Positions 24,373 through 38,824 of a stretch of DNA of 64,000 nt are shown piece after piece. The notes under the pieces were generated by a model that was given only the letters and a program-made list of their open reading frames with translations, did not search any database and was not told the DNA's origin. Each line of letters opens with the position of its first letter. Positions within the stretch are counted from its first letter, which is position 1. The translations under genes were made by a program, and so were the position numbers. Origin of the DNA: Felis catus (lineage: Eukaryota); NCBI RefSeq assembly GCF_018350175.1, contig NC_058368.1, positions 140,370,001-140,434,000 of the forward strand. The letters run 5' to 3'.

Positions 24373-26462
24373 AGTTTTCCCTGTTATAAGCTCCAGGGGT
24401 ACCTTATAGATTTTTCATACTATTTCTCATGTTTAGAATTATTTGCTAAGTATCTGTCTTTGCTGTTGACAAAAGCAGTGAAAGCAGGCATTTCTGTCTT
24501 GTCACTGCCACTTCCTCAATATCTGGTCTAGCTCCTAACACTTAATGGAACTTAATAAATATTCATGGAATGAATGAGCTTTTGTTATCACGCTATCTGG
24601 ACAGAATGTTTTTCACTTAAGAAAAATGTATGAACCCCCACAATCTCAATGTTGAGCAGAATCAAAATAAAATGTTTTAGAGTTGGCATTAGCAATTGAG
24701 AAAGATTGGTCTTCTATCTGGACCGGTGGGAAGATTTCCAGGTACATCCTTGAAAAGGGACTCAGGACAGAAAATGACCGGCAGTCAGGCAGAGAGGAGG
24801 CCGGGCTCTGTGGTCAGTCAAGTCACAAACAAGTAAGGGGCAGAGGTAGTGTTCCTCCGCGTGCACTCCCTCCACCCTCTGACCCCCTGCCTCACCCCGG
24901 CCTTGCCTCAGGGTTGCCGCTGCAGGGCCACACTGGAACATCAAACAGGGGATTTTGTTTGCTGACTTGGCTTCATAACAGGGCCTCTCCCTGACCTTTT
25001 CCTTGCGTGTAATAAAGGGGAAGGACGCATTTAAAGTGGAATTGCACAAGTTTCCCGTATGTATTATTACGCTTTCAAAGGAACACCTCAGCTGAGCACC
25101 GCTGCCTGGAATAGATTGAGGGCATCTGCCCCAGCCGCACCCTTGGCACTTTTGCCCCAGTGCCTCAGCCTTTCCTATGGGAGTGAGAGCTGGCCCAGCC
25201 CAGCCCCCCGGGAGCCCCTGCCACAGCAAGAGATGTGCTGGTACTGGACTCTGTGTTGCCAGGTGCCTGGAAGGATCCAGAGACCCCTCAGGTTTGACAG
25301 CCAGTGGTGAGCTGTTTTTAGGATGTGCAGAGAATGAAGGAAGAAGGACCCAGCCACACAGCTGGGCTTCGTGGCCCCCCAGGACACCATTCAGGATGGT
25401 AGAGCCCCTCAAGTATCTCAACACCCATTTCCAGAGTCGTTCTCTGGAATTATCAGACGGGAGTTTCTCCGCTGTTATGTTGACTCGGCTTTTCTCTATC
25501 TCCACTTGCACCACCTCTGTCCCTGCTGACTAATTCTCTGTACCACCCTTTTCTCTTCATCAGGCTTCTGCTGCCTTTACCCTGTGGCCCCTCTTTAGCA
25601 TCATCCTACTATCACTTTCCCTGTCCAGACCTCACAGACTCCCCAACGGTGGTGTCTGATGCGTTCAGCCTATCGCCGTGACCAAGTTCTCACGTCAGAC
25701 CTCAGCCGTTGGTCAGCCATTGGGAAGTTGCCGTCAGGTTAGAGGCCAATTCCCAGCTCAACCCATTGTAACTGAAGCCACACATGCAGAGTGACATGGT
25801 AGAAACCATTCACCCACTGGACATGGGCACCTTGCATATGACAGGGCTCCGTGCTGGCGTGGAGAACACAGCAGGGAAACAAAACAACACAAGCTTCAGG
25901 CTTCGTGAACGGTGCTTTCAGTTGGAGGTTAGGAGGACTGACAAGAGACGAACTAGAAAGGGCATCATAGGATAGACATGGGTTGATGTGACGGACAGAA
26001 ACAGAGCAGAAGTGCATAGGGAGTGCTGGAACAATATCGGAGTGGCTGTCCATTTCAAACAAGGCGCCAGAGCAGGTCCATAAGAGAGAGTGAGGTGTGT
26101 GTCATTAAGGACACAGAGAAGGTGAGAAGGCCACGAAGGAAGTCTCACAGGGCTCTCGCGTGGTAAGAATGATGAGGTTGCTGGAGACACGGTCATGTCA
26201 CTTGGTATTGGCTTTGTCAGCACTGAGAATCGCAGGGAGTCCTGCCCTCTGTGTCTCGGAGAGGAGAGGAAGATGCCTCCATAAGGTACATAGTGCAGCA
26301 TCTGATGCTCCAAAAAGTCCAAGAAGGACCGGACCCCGAAGGGCATTTACAGAGGGAACCAGAGGACAGGCACCGCATTCTGTCTGCGCCTGTCCCTGCT
26401 GTCCCAGAGCCTTTCCACAGGAGCAAGGATGCCATGGACTTCCAAGTCGGAACTATCCGGTT

Positions 26463-26647
26463 CAGTGGGCCTTAACCTGAAGGGGTGCGGGAATCACCCG
26501 GAGGCCTTGTTCAATTCAGATTGTGGGGCCCATCCCCAGCAGTTCTGAGTCAGTAGGGCTGAGTGGGCTCCAATGACAGATGTTTCTAACTCTTTCCCAG
26601 CTGCCGCTGATGCTGCTGGTCCAGGTATGACTCTTGGAGAAGCACTG
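26463..26647. mobile_element. MER5A hAT-Charlie MITE
   Basis: cagtg...gaatcacccggagg...tctgagtcagtagg...tgatgctgctggtcc...gagaagcactg, with short terminal inverted ends. Confidence 0.75.
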
Positions 26648-27809
26648 CTGTCATTTACACTCTCATCCCTCCCAGTCCCTCAGAGTCTGCCCTCACCTTT
26701 CTTCCTGTCTGAGATGGCTGGCTTCCTCTTCTGTGTCTCCCTCAAATCCAGCTTGGAGCCACTTCCTCCAGGAAACTCTCCAAGGAAAAATCCTTCTTGC
26801 CTTCCTCTGCCTGTTTCCATGCCGTGTCATATCTGTACTCATCTATCTGCTTTCTGGACTGTAAGGGCTAGTTCCTCCAGTTCCTAGTATCTAGTAAATG
26901 TTAAGTGAAACTGTCTGAGACCCCTGGATTTCCCCCTTGGCATCTGCGAAAGGAAGGCCGTGTTGGGAATGAGTTCCAGCTTGCTGCTCCCTGGGCTTCC
27001 CTCACCATCAAGACCCCATCTCCTCTGAGCTCCTGAGCTCCCCTGAACTCCCTAGTTCCAGCAGATCCAGACGCGCTGTTGTAACATCTAGCCACCCTGG
27101 AAGTTGAAGTTCTTTCTCTCACAAAACAATATGCAGTTAGATGTTGTAAGAGGGCTCTTTGACTAAGAGACTCCAATAAGCATAATCAAGTACCGGAATG
27201 GCCAAGCGTGCGTGGGGAAGCTGGAGAGTCAGGAGATCGAGTGATTCCACCCTGCCTCTGCACAAGCTGAGTGGCCGTGGGCCAGCCACTGGCCCCTTCA
27301 TGTGTCAAATGAGGGAACCGGACTAGATGATTTCTAAGGTCCTTCTCAGCTCTCAAATTCCAAGATTAGAGAACTGAGTTCATGTAGATGTTAAGCAAAG
27401 ATACCCAGACTTCCAGCATGAGAGTGCCAGCTCTGGAGGAAAATCTGTCTTTCCTGTAAGCTCTTTCCTAGCTTTCGCTCTGCCTGTGGAGCCATAGGCA
27501 ACTCCCTAAAGATTCCAGGGGAGCTGTGGATGGAAACGCAGCTGTGGAAGGAAAATGGGGGACTAAATTGTAACACAGAGAAAGGTGCATAGACACCTTA
27601 CATGATAACTGCAAGAATTAAGAGAAAATGATATAAACAGCAAGCACCTAGCACAGAGGCTAGCCCAGCACGTATGTTCAGCAAGTGTTAGTTCTTCAGT
27701 CCACGTCTGCTGCCAGGCTGGCCCTTAAAGGAGGAAAGCACTGTGTACTCTGAACCCCAGAGTCCTTCTTATCAGCTTCTGGTCACTCCCGCTGGCCTTG
27801 CTTGGTCAC

Positions 27810-28220
27810 TTATTCATTCAACCTATGTTTATTGAGCTTCCACCAAGTGCCAGATAGGGTGTGAAGGATCAGCACAGGTAGTTACAACACCATCCCTGTT
27901 CTCGAGGAGCAGGTGCTGTGCTTTAGTTAGGGATACGGACAAGTCAGCAACTATGATGTGATGGGACACATCTACTAGGAATAAGCTTTGGGTCTAAGAA
28001 GGTAAGAGAGATCAGAGGAGAATTCCTGGGCAGGTGACATCCAAATTGATTCTGGAAAGGTGAGAGACGATTGACTAGACTAGGTGGTGGCAGGGTAGAG
28101 GATTCTGGGGAGAGGGAGAAATGAGTCTGGGCAGGTGAACAGGATCACATCACCAAAGGTCTGTGTCCTACAATACAGAGCTGAGTCTTTAACTTAGGAA
28201 TAATACACTGCAGGATTTCA
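27810..28220 (-). mobile_element. L2 remnant
   Basis: 'attcattcaacctatgtttattgagc...ccaagtgccag' is a reverse L2 3' end. Confidence 0.55.
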
Positions 28221-29364
28221 AGTAAAAAACTAACTAATTAACTTAATGGAATAAATTGACAGTTCTGATTTTAGCCCCCATGTTTCTTCCTCAGCAGAAG
28301 GTCCAGCCACTTCTTTCTTTTGCCTGTGTCATTTGCTCTAGGCCAGCAATCCTCTCTGCCACTGTTGCATTCTGTGTCCAGCCCCAGACCCGTGTGGGTC
28401 CACCCAGGTCAAGCACCGAAGGAATCCCAGAAGCTTCAGGCCCTCTGCTCCATCATGGGCCTTCAGGAACCAGGGGGAAGCAGAAAGTAGAAGAATGTTC
28501 CAATGGGTTAGGAGAGTTTTCCTCATTTAATATCTAGATTTTAAATTGAGTAACTTTTCAAGTATTTACTTGTGAAGAGCTTGTCTTCAGATTCAAGGGC
28601 AGCCAGTATAAACCTGGATCTTCAGTGAGCAATGAAATCTAAAGAGTCTGACCTCTCCACTCCCGCAGAAGTGGGGTCACCAGATAATGTCATTCCTGGC
28701 TGAGAAACCCCTGTGGCTTCCCATCTCGCTTGGAAGGAAGTCCAAAGTCCTGCACAGGCTGCCCTGCCTCCAAAATCAGTCTCCTCTGGGTCTTGCCATC
28801 TCCATCCACACCTGCCTATGGCTGGTGTGTTCTCCGTGGCTGCTGCCTGAGATGCTGTCCCTTCTTGGCAGTCTCTTTTTTGTTCGAGGTCCCACACCTC
28901 TATTTCACCTACTCAGAGACTGTCTCTGGCCATCTGGTCTAGAGCAGCCTGGAAGAAGGGCCCTGAGATCGGGGCACAGGTCTGTCCTTGTCCCCTTACC
29001 TCGCTTCCTATTATTCCCCCCAAGACCCTTCTATGAGCCACCGCTCAGGTCCCCAACACTCCTTCATCTCCCTCCACAACGTGGTTGCCTTCCTCTGAAG
29101 TCTGCATGTGCCAAATGTTCTTCCAATGTTTGCTTTTCCCTCCTGCCTCTTCCTCTTCCAGGATCCAGAGTAAGGGGTAAGAAATGGGACTCTGGAGACA
29201 TAAACACATGCAGCAAATCCTGAAGGACTGTGGTGAGCCAGGTACTGTCCTGGGCCCTGGTTTACTCCGGGGTTTGAATCCTAGCTTTTCAACTTACTCC
29301 CGGGGTGTCATGGTCCTAACCTCTTGGACCCTTAGGCTTCTCATCTTTAAAATGGGACTAGTAG

Positions 29365-29570
29365 GGGGCGCCTGGGTGGCTCAGTCGGTAAGCATCCTAC
29401 TTCAGCACAGGTCATGATCTCACGGTTCGTGAGTTTGAGCCTCGCATCGTGCTCTGTGCTGAAAGCTCAGAGCCTGGAGCCTGCTTCAGATTCTGTGTCT
29501 CCCTCTCTCTCTGCTCCTCCCCCACTCACTATGTCTCTCTCTCAAAAATAGATAAACATTAAAAAAAATT
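29365..29570 (+). mobile_element. Can-SINE inserted into a MIR
   Basis: Typical body. TSD aaatgggactagta / aatggggctagta. Confidence 0.92.
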
Positions 29571-29595
29571 TTTAAATGGGGCTAGTAAAGTCTAC

Positions 29596-29992
29596 TGTGA
29601 TGGTTAATTTTATGTGTGAACTTGGCTGGGCTACAGTGCCCAGATATTTGGTCAAATATTATTCTGAATGTTTCTGTGAGTGTGTTTTGGGATGAGATTA
29701 ACATTTAAATTGGTGGATTTGAGTAAAGCAGATTGACCTCTGTAATGTGGGTGGGCCTCGTCCAGTCAGTTGAAGGTAGACAAAAAGACTGACCTCCCCT
29801 GTGCAAGAAGGAATTCTGCCAGCAGACAGCCTGCAACCTCAGCTCTTTCCCAGGTCTCCAGGCAGCCGGCCCACCCTGAAGAGTTTGGACTTGCCAGGCT
29901 TAATTACACGAGCAAATTCCTTAAAATCAGTCTCTCTATGTATAGATGCATCCTACTGGTTTTGTTTCTCTGGAGAACCCCAAACTCATACA
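29596..29992 (+). mobile_element. MLT2 (ERVL) solo LTR
   Basis: TG...CA ends. 'tgtgatggttaattttatgtgt..cttggctgggc..cccagatatttggtcaaa..gagtaaagcagattgacc' matches MLT2. Confidence 0.85.
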
Positions 29993-30678
29993 TCTACTTT
30001 GCAGGATTTTGTCACATTCATCAGCCCTAATACTTGCTCCCACTTACTGAGTGCTTACCGCGTGCCACCCGCCTTGCTAAGGGTTGACCTTACGTGATCT
30101 CGTGTAATCCTCACCACAGCCTTACGAGCTGCCATCATTATTATCCTGTGTACAGCAAGGAAATGGACGTTCAGATGGCAATCCGACAGTCAGTAAAGGC
30201 TGGCGTGAGGGGGGCTTGAGAGGGGAGCTCATAGAGGAGAGAGAGATGTGCGTGACCAATTACCTGGACTTTCTACAGCCTCATTTCGAACCTGTCCACT
30301 TAAACATCTTTTCACTGATAAGCTCATACACTGAAACAAGCCGCCCACATGGCCTGCTTCCAGTGAAGCAGAAGGCAAGAGAGATGTAGCTCGCAGGGTG
30401 CTGTGGCTCACGGAGCGGCTGCCAGAGAAAGGCTGCCCAGCCGTCACCACAGGGTTTACCCTGTCTGCCCTGACTTTGCTGTCGCTTCACTTGGCCTGCT
30501 CTGGGAAGCAAGAGCCCCCCACTGAGAGGCTGTAAGTCCTTCTGGAATGGTTCTCCCGGTTTGCCATGCTAGATGTTTCCCCAGAAAATTCCCTTTATCC
30601 ATGAACAAACTTTTTTTTTTAATTTTTTAATTGGAAAGGGAAGGACAAATGAAGGGTTTTCAAAAAAAATGAGAAAAT

Positions 30679-30891
30679 GGGGCGCCTGGGTGGCTCAGTC
30701 GGTTAAGCGGCTGACTTCGGCTCAGGTCATGATCTCGCGGTCCGTGGGTTCGAGCCCCGCGTCGGGCTCTGTGCTGACCGCTCAGAGCCTGGAGCCTGTT
30801 TCACATTCTGTGTCTCCCTCTCTCTGACCCTCCCCCGTTCATGCTTTGTCTCTCTCTGCCTCAAAAATAAATAAACGTTAAAAAAAATTTT
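30679..30891 (+). mobile_element. Young Can-SINE
   Basis: CpG-rich body. TSD aaaaaaatgagaaaa. Confidence 0.94.
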
Positions 30892-31285
30892 AAAAAAATG
30901 AGAAAAGTCTTTCGAGGCAGACAAATATGCACTTTTCTTCCACGCGAATTAGAATGGATTCTACAAAAGCATGTTCCATTTACTATACTCCTTTTAGCAT
31001 TTTGTTAGGAGCTTTGCCTGCCCGTGTTTTCTTTTTTCACGTTCCCATAATGCTGTGAAATGGATATTGCTTGACAGATGATGGCATAGCGGCTCGAGGG
31101 ACACAGGGACTTGCCCACATTCACATAGTCACACAGTTACTCCAGCTTTGCTCTGGTGAAGGAGCCTCACCACGAGTGATCACCTGGCAGCTATGGGGAG
31201 ACCTGGTGATTCTGATAATCCTTGGCTTCTGCTGGGAAGAATGCCTAAGGGGAATGCCTGAAAATAGTGGGATCTGTTTGCTTTC

Positions 31286-31497
31286 TTTTTTTTTTTTTAA
31301 TTTTTTAAGTTTATTTATTTTGAGAAAGCGCATGAGACGTGTAAGGGCAGAGAGAGGAGGGAGAGAGAGAATCCCAAGCAGGCTCCACACTGTCAGCACA
31401 GAGCCCAACGCGGGGCTTGAACTCACCAACCGTGAGATCATGATGGCCTGAGCCAAAATCACGAGTCAGACGCTCAACTGACTGAGCCACCCAGCAC
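31286..31497 (-). mobile_element. Can-SINE
   Basis: Reverse Can-SINE with T tract. Confidence 0.9.
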
Positions 31498-33811
31498 ACG
31501 CACTTACTCTAGGTTTCAACATATTCTAAATGCTAGACATAAGACATAGTTCTTGTCTGGCCAAACACTGGGTTGACATTGTGCAGATGGTAAAACATCA
31601 TAAATGCCAAATTCAGCAAAAATTTCCCTGATGGATCTAACTTTCTCTTTGTCCTAAAAACTGAGAACACTGGTTTTTGCTAAGTGTCCTTATTACTACA
31701 GTGTTCTTTCTGTTTGGCTGACGTTTGTTTTCTTATTCTTGTTAATCCTTTCCGAAATCCATGCCTTCTCAAACCAGTTAGACCACGAATTCCTTGAAAC
31801 CAGAGGTTACGCACTTACAAGCAGCTCGATAAATATGCTCTGACTTCCTACAAATCATTTATGACACCCAGTAATTTCCCTATAGAATCAAAATTGTGTA
31901 CTTTAGCAAGCCATCAATTTTATTTTTAAGCAGTAAAGTTCATGCTCTCACTTCTCCTATCATGTTTTTTCTCCTGGATCTAAATCACACTGTGAATCCA
32001 TGTGTGTACCCTGATAATGTATGATATAACTCGCAGTGCAGCTCTTGAAGCCTCCTTTTCCTGCAAACCTAGGGAAATCAGAAACGTTTGCCAGGGACAC
32101 ATTAGCTTTAAGAACTTGTTTCCGAACTGTATTTGCATATTCATGCCCCCTCGCTCTCTGTGTCTCTCTCTCCTCTCTCCTGGCCTCTCTTGCATTCCCA
32201 CAGATCGCAGTGTGATTTTTGCCAAATTCATACAGTAACTTCTGGGCTGTGAGCAAAGGCTAGGGGACTATGAGAAAGGTCATTGCTCCCTGCCTATTGT
32301 TCCTTGGCGTTCCCAGGCCCCAGCCATGTTCTTGTTTAAACACAAGACTTGTTAAACAGTTCCTAAAACTAGGTGTTTGGAGAAGGAGAAGGAAAAGTCA
32401 TAGGAACTAAACCAGCTGCCAGTCTGGTGACCCTAGTACAGAACCTACACAGGGCCAGGCATGAAGGAGGGGACAAGGCAGGGGTGCAATGTAAGTGCAA
32501 ATGCCCCTTTATTCTCTGGGCTGTGGGAACCCATGCCCGTCCTTCCTCACCTGGGCACCCCTCCAGCCTTGTTTGACCTTGGAGCTGTACCTGCAGGGCA
32601 AAAGAGAAGCCATGTGTTTCCCTAAGCAGTTCTTGGTAGTCTGCCAGGAGGCCCGGCGCTCTGCAGGCATCGCTGGCGATTCGGACAGGCTCCTCACTGC
32701 TTGCTTTCCGGTTAAGGATGGCCTGGCCCCAGAAGGAGGCCCTGAGAGAAGTTCCTTGGAGGGGACCTCTGGAGGCAGCTGTGGGTGGGGGGCCCTTCTC
32801 TTCTTTCCTGAGACGGCACTGGCGAGGTGTGTAACCACCCCACCACCCCACCATCCAATCGCGTTTCTCAAATCTTGAGTGGGTCACACTCTCGAGAAAG
32901 GATGGCCCCGCCCCCCCCTTGCCCCCCAAGGCTGGCACAACAGACAGACCACCTGCACGAATATCTCTCTCCACCTAGCCTGGCACCTGGTCTAAACTTC
33001 ACACCACCATGTTCTTTCTGGCAGGTCCAGAAAACCCTGTGAGGATGAACAAGTGTCACTTGAGAGCGCACGATGCAAGCAGTGCACCGATTGGCCGCTA
33101 AGACTGTCCAGTGTGCGGATGCCTCCCAGAAGATAGCAGGGCTTTGAGAAGCAGGAAGGAACTCAGCAGGGGTAAGTCTGAATGCACAGGCGAGTCAGAA
33201 AAATCCGCAGCACCGGCTTCTCAATAGACATGGGTGCCAGTAAAATAGGGGAGGAAAAGGTTGTGAGGCAAGACCAAGCTGGCCCTTAGCCCAGAGGAGT
33301 AGCAGGGCTTGAGGGCTCTGGCTGAAGAAGGGTCCATGCCCCATTTGCAGGGGAAGTCATTGACCACTCCCAGCCCTTGCTGCGGGCCTGAGAATGGGGG
33401 CCCCACTGGCCAGGTTTCCGTGTTTTTGTTTTTTAGGAGAAGGGAGAAACCACAACCAGCTTGTTTTTACATATTGGCAACTAATTTAGTATTTAGAAAC
33501 ACTGCATAGTCCCACCCAGTATACACTAATTAAAACATTTGTGTGCCTCGTTTGGCTTCTAGGGAACAGTGAAGGAGGAGACCACCCAGGGTCATACTGC
33601 CTCTAGGGGCAGCCGAGAGCCTGTTCCTTCCAGCTCTAATGCAGAACATAAAATGATGTAACAGGCAGGAGGCCCTTAACAATCGATCAGACCCATTTAA
33701 GCCAAGAGCCAAGTGTAATTCTGTCCACCTCTTTACCTCAGATCCATATCTTGACCCTGGGAAAAAAAATAGTTCAATCCGTTCTTTTTCTTTTTCTTCC
33801 TCTTCCAAGCT

Positions 33812-33844
<33 letters not shown>

Positions 33845-35984
33845 CAAAAAGCTGACATGTAAAGCTTCCAGGATTTCAGGTGAATCCCCAAGCCAGCAAC
33901 ATTTAGAACTTGGACAAAAAGCCGTGAAGCCCTGAATGACCTTGGGCAAGGTTCTTGGTCTATCTAATTCCCTTCTTTTGCTCACTAAGAGAACCTGTTG
34001 TTATGGGGGAAAACACAAAACCAAGAATAACTAATCATCTTCCAGACACGTGTGCCTCAGTTTGTTCCTCCACAAAACTAGTGGAACAGGTCCAAGGCCT
34101 TCGGAGGCCAAGGGTCTCTAATAGCCCTCTACCTAGAACACTTCCCCCTGTGAACTCAGGAATGCCCTCCAGCAAGAGTGTGAAATGCATGACGTTTCAA
34201 TTCTTTGAGCTTCTTCCCACTCCCCCTACCTCTGGTTACCCGGATGCCCTGGCTGAAGTCTGGATGCCCCAGGGACACTTAAATGAATAAAAAGCCCGGT
34301 TGTTTTACTAAGTGATGTAGCAAGATCTACAAATACAAACACCAAAAGATCGAGACTACAATGTGCATATGAATATCTCTTGGACCCAAAAGCACATGAA
34401 GAACTTGTGCTCCCTGTTTTAAAGGTTCAGAATGTCCTCATCCCTCATTTTAGAAATCACATTCGGGACTTTCATGCTGAATGCCATTAAGTGGGTAGTG
34501 TTTGGAACTATCTGCTCATCCTAACTTGGAAGCAAGTTTATTTACTCAGCATAAAAGGAAGTATTTGAACTCACAGAGTGTGATTCTCTGCAACTTTTAA
34601 AAGTAGCAAGACTGGACAGGCAACTTTTAGGACAGTAAGACATATTTCTCTGTTCTGAATACCACCTTGCTACCTTAACTAGGCAGTTGTAGCTGGGTAG
34701 ACGTTCAATGTGAAAAAGGACATGAGTTTTAGTGAATATGGGTAATATACTTAGATGATACTAATGGGCTCTGGTTTCTAGGATTCCATTCTATTGCCTT
34801 CTTCATTCAGTTAGTTTTGAACCATTCTCTTGTGAAACTAAACGTTTGAAGCATTCTTTTGTGAAACTAAACGTGTGAACAACGTTTTTGAGACTATCAC
34901 ATTATCACCTAGGTGAATAGGATGACCTTCCCATCCCACCATTAATATTTGCGGAAGACGTTATTAGGACCCAGCTGGCCTTTTCAAATGACAGATTTGC
35001 GTAAAAATTAGGCTAGGAGCAAAATGGACCTGAAGCTGCCTTAGTGCATGGCATATGGTTATATTCCCTTCGCCCCTCCTCCACGTATAGCTCAGTATCC
35101 CTCATAAAGGAGACATCAGAAAAATTATGGAATATGCAGAAGAACTGAACCTGAGAAAAGGCCAGCAACTGCTGAAGTAGATGGTGTATGAGAATGAGAA
35201 GGGAACAGGAGGCAGGCTGAGCCCCAGCTGTCCCAGCTCTGGGCAGAGGGCACCTCGCCAGGCTTCAGTGGTGCTGGAGATCCTCTCTCAGATACTTTCT
35301 CCAGGGCACAGTTTCACCCTGGTCCCAGCTCAGCAATCCCGCTTCTGTGCTAAGAAGCCAACCTATTCTCCTCAGGCCCCTCCTGGCTTCTTTCTCTCCC
35401 CCACGTGATCATTTTGCTCACCTCCTCTGGATTCTCGCCTAACGCTTACAGCCTTGCTTAATCACTTAGTAGCTGCCAGTAAGGAAGGACACGGCACAGG
35501 GAATTTCATTGAAGCTGTGTTCTTCTAAGCCATTGAGTGGAAACACGCATCACACTCTGCCCCAGCCAGTGTTTTGTTGATGCTACACTTGGTTCAAAGC
35601 CTCCCATGACTTCCTAGGATGTTTCTTTTTCTATTCTTAGGCATAACTCGCCATTCTTCTACCTTTATGCAGCTTGTGTTTCCCCTGGCCCTTCTCTTTT
35701 GCCCTGGCCTCTAGACCAGGAGTGGAGTGATTAGAATGTGCTCGTGTAACTTTTACCCCTCATTGTGGTTCCTGGAGCTGGAGCCTCTCCAGTAAGACTC
35801 CCTCCTTCTGCAGGGTTTTTCTCTTGCTGGAGTCCTCCTCGCCCTGTGGTCTTATCCCCAAGGGGCAGCTCCTGGGAAAGACAGGTCCATCATCTCATCT
35901 GCTTTGTTTTTCTTCCTCTTTCTGGAAGTTGAACGGCGTGGCTGGCTGGAACGGACAACCTTGCACTGAAAGCACCTAAGTGAA

Positions 35985-36193
35985 GGGGTGCCTGGGTGGC
36001 TCAGTCAGTTGAGCGTCTGACTTCGGCTCGGGTCATGATCTCACGGCTCGTGAGTTCAAGCCCCGTGTCAGGCTCTGTGCTGACAGCTTGGAGCCTGGAG
36101 CCTGCTTTGGATTCTGTGTCACCCTCTCTCTCTGCCCCTAACCTACTTGCATTACATCTCTCTCGAAAGTAAACATTAAAAAAAAAAAAAAAA
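35985..36193 (+). mobile_element. Can-SINE
   Basis: Typical body. TSD aaagcacctaag / aaagcacgtaag. Confidence 0.92.
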
Positions 36194-36937
36194 AAAGCAC
36201 GTAAGGGACTCCAAGGTGTTTTTCCTTCTCAGAAATGTCATAGTTACCCCTCTTTCTGGATTTCATTCTATTGTTACATGTAATTCTGCCATGTTGCTGC
36301 TCTGTTCTTTTCTAGGTGGGGGAGGTATTGCAATACAAGTACTTGTTACTCTACATGTAGGTCATCTGCCAAGGTTTAGCTCTCTGTTGCAACCAGATTC
36401 TGCTTGAAGGTTGGCCATTCACCTGATAGGTGGTGTTAACTGAATTTCTTCTGCATAACAGGGCTTGTTGGCATCAAAAGGGCAAGGGAGAAACAAGAAA
36501 TTGACTTCAGAACCCCAGTTTGAGGGTGTACCAAGAAATTAATTTTGGCGAGAATTGAGATTGAAGTTAATCATTCCTTGTTTGGTGAATATTTATTGGG
36601 TCCCTACTACATGCAAAGCGCTGGGTTTACAAGCAATGAATAAAACTAGAAAGCAGTTAAACCACAATAACAGATGATTTGTTAACAGCTCTAAGACATG
36701 GAGACCCAAGAACTCTTTGAGGAAGAAATGAAAATTACGCAGAAATAGTAATTTTATATATTAGCTCCTACCTTTTCCTTAAAAAAACTGAAAGTCCTGA
36801 AATAGAACTCTTTTATCAAAGAAGCCTGATAGAAGCATCCTTAAAGAAGAAGCAATGCCTGCCTGGGGTAAGATTACAGAGAAGGAAGAATAGGGAAGTG
36901 TGACCTCTTTTCCTTGTGGCCCTTGGACACTAAGGGA

Positions 36938-37160
36938 TTTTTTTTTTTTAATTTTTTTTAACGTTTATTTATTTTTGAGACAGAGAGAGACAGAGCATGA
37001 ATGGGGGAGGGTCAGAGAGAGAGGGAGACACAGACTCTGAAACAGGCTCCAGGCTCTGAGCGGTCAGCACAGAGCCCGACGCGGGGCTCGAACTCACGGA
37101 CCGCGAGATGTGACCTGAGCCGAAGTCCGCCGCTTAACCGACTGAGCCACCCAGGCGCCC
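36938..37160 (-). mobile_element. Young Can-SINE
   Basis: CpG-intact body. TSD cactaagggatttt. Confidence 0.94.
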
Positions 37161-38271
37161 CACTAAGGGATTTTTTTAAGGGACTGAGCCACTTAATCAA
37201 GGGAAATAAACACGAGTGGAATTCCAAAACCTAATTTTTGAAACCAAGAACTATAAAACTGACAAAGACCCTGACACAGACAAGACACCCAGTGTTAACT
37301 GAATTCTATTGAAAATTATATTATCACAGAGACTCATTAGCTTAAATCGAGGAGCTAGAAAAAAAAAATTAATGAGAAAATAAAGAATGAAAAAAATCAT
37401 TTAAGATTTAAAAGAGCTATTTGTAAACTTGTTTACAAAGAAATTAGTGTAAAAACCAAAAATAAAATCAAAGTGAGCTCAGCTCTTCTGGCCCATGGAG
37501 AGTTTGGAATCCTAGGAACATCTCTGGTGACCTTGAAAAGGAGTTGCATGTGAATTGTGGACAGAATTTCAAAACTCTGATCAAAGGTTCCCTTGCTTAT
37601 TGAAAAGGACTCCACCCAATAGAGGAATCTTCTCTATAGCATTTCCAGCTAAATGCTTTCTTTTTCAAAGAACATCTCATTCAATTTCGATGGAGTATTA
37701 TTTCAAACGTCAAGTTTATTCTAATTAACAGCTTTTCTGAGAAGATATAAACTCCAGACATTTAGAAAAACTTGATTTACCACATTTTAAAGGACACTGA
37801 AAGTTGATAGTACAGTTTGCAAAAGACAAATTCCTGACTCTTTTCTATTTTGTTTAATTTTACCTCCTGGAATGTTCTCAGTTCTCTCCAGAGATTGTAG
37901 AATTCACTCTCAGAATGAAAACAATTTAAATTCATTTAAAAATAATTTAATAAATACAACTAGACAACACATAGCCCTTGGAGTGGAAAGAAGGACTGAA
38001 GTTTTTAACAAATCTAACAATAAACATTAAGGGCTTGAAATAACAGAACATTAAGCAGCTTTTTCTGGGGACCGTTGTGTCTCCCCGCCCCCACTCGACC
38101 TTGTGGCTGATCAGTGGGAGGTTTCTGCCTTAGCCTTCAACACAGTCCTTACTCTGCATATGCGGTTTGTGTTCATAGTACATTTTCACAGAAACATAGA
38201 ACATGTGTCCTGGTAAACTAACAGCTCTGACACCCCAACATGCTTAGAAATTTTAGAAAATGAAAAGAAGC

Positions 38272-38678
38272 TGCTATGGACTGAATGTGCTGCCCCACCC
38301 CCACACACCCAATTCTAATCCCACCCAGCTTGGTAGCATTTGGAGGCAGGGTTTGGGGGAGGAAATTAGAGGCTATCATGATAGGATTAATGCTCTTCTA
38401 AAAAGAGACGGGAACCTCCCCTCCCCCTCCACGCATGCACCAAGAAAGAGCCATGTGAGGTCTCAAAGAGGACCATCTGCAAATCAGGAAGTGGGCTCTC
38501 ATCAGAAACCAAATCTGGGGGTGCCTGGGTGGCTCACTGAGGTTAATCATCCAACTTTTGATTTCGGCTCAGGTCATGAGAACAAGCCCCTGTGTGGAGC
38601 CCCCATGTTGAGCCCCAGCTTTGGGTCAAGCCCCTCTCTTTCTTTCTCTCTCACTCTCTGCTGCTCCCCCACTTGTGC

Positions 38679-38713
<35 letters not shown>

Positions 38714-38824
38714 GCCACCTTGATCTAGATTCCTCAGCCTCCAGAACAATGAGTAACAAGTGTCTGTTGTCTAAGCCACCCAATCTATGGTATTTTGTTA
38801 TAGCAGCCACTGCTGATGGAGACA
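38272..38824 (+). mobile_element. MLT1A-type MaLR LTR interrupted by a degenerate Can-SINE with (GT)n (38517-38711)
   Basis: tgctatggactgaatgt...cagcctccagaac...taagccacccaatctatggtattttgttatagcagcc...gaca. Confidence 0.8.

Noticed and set aside
24762..25514. 250-aa minus-strand ORF (likewise 13443-14021, 32369-32974, 53159-53857)
   Set aside because: No recognisable protein family or splice structure. Consistent with chance ORFs in GC-moderate or repeat DNA.
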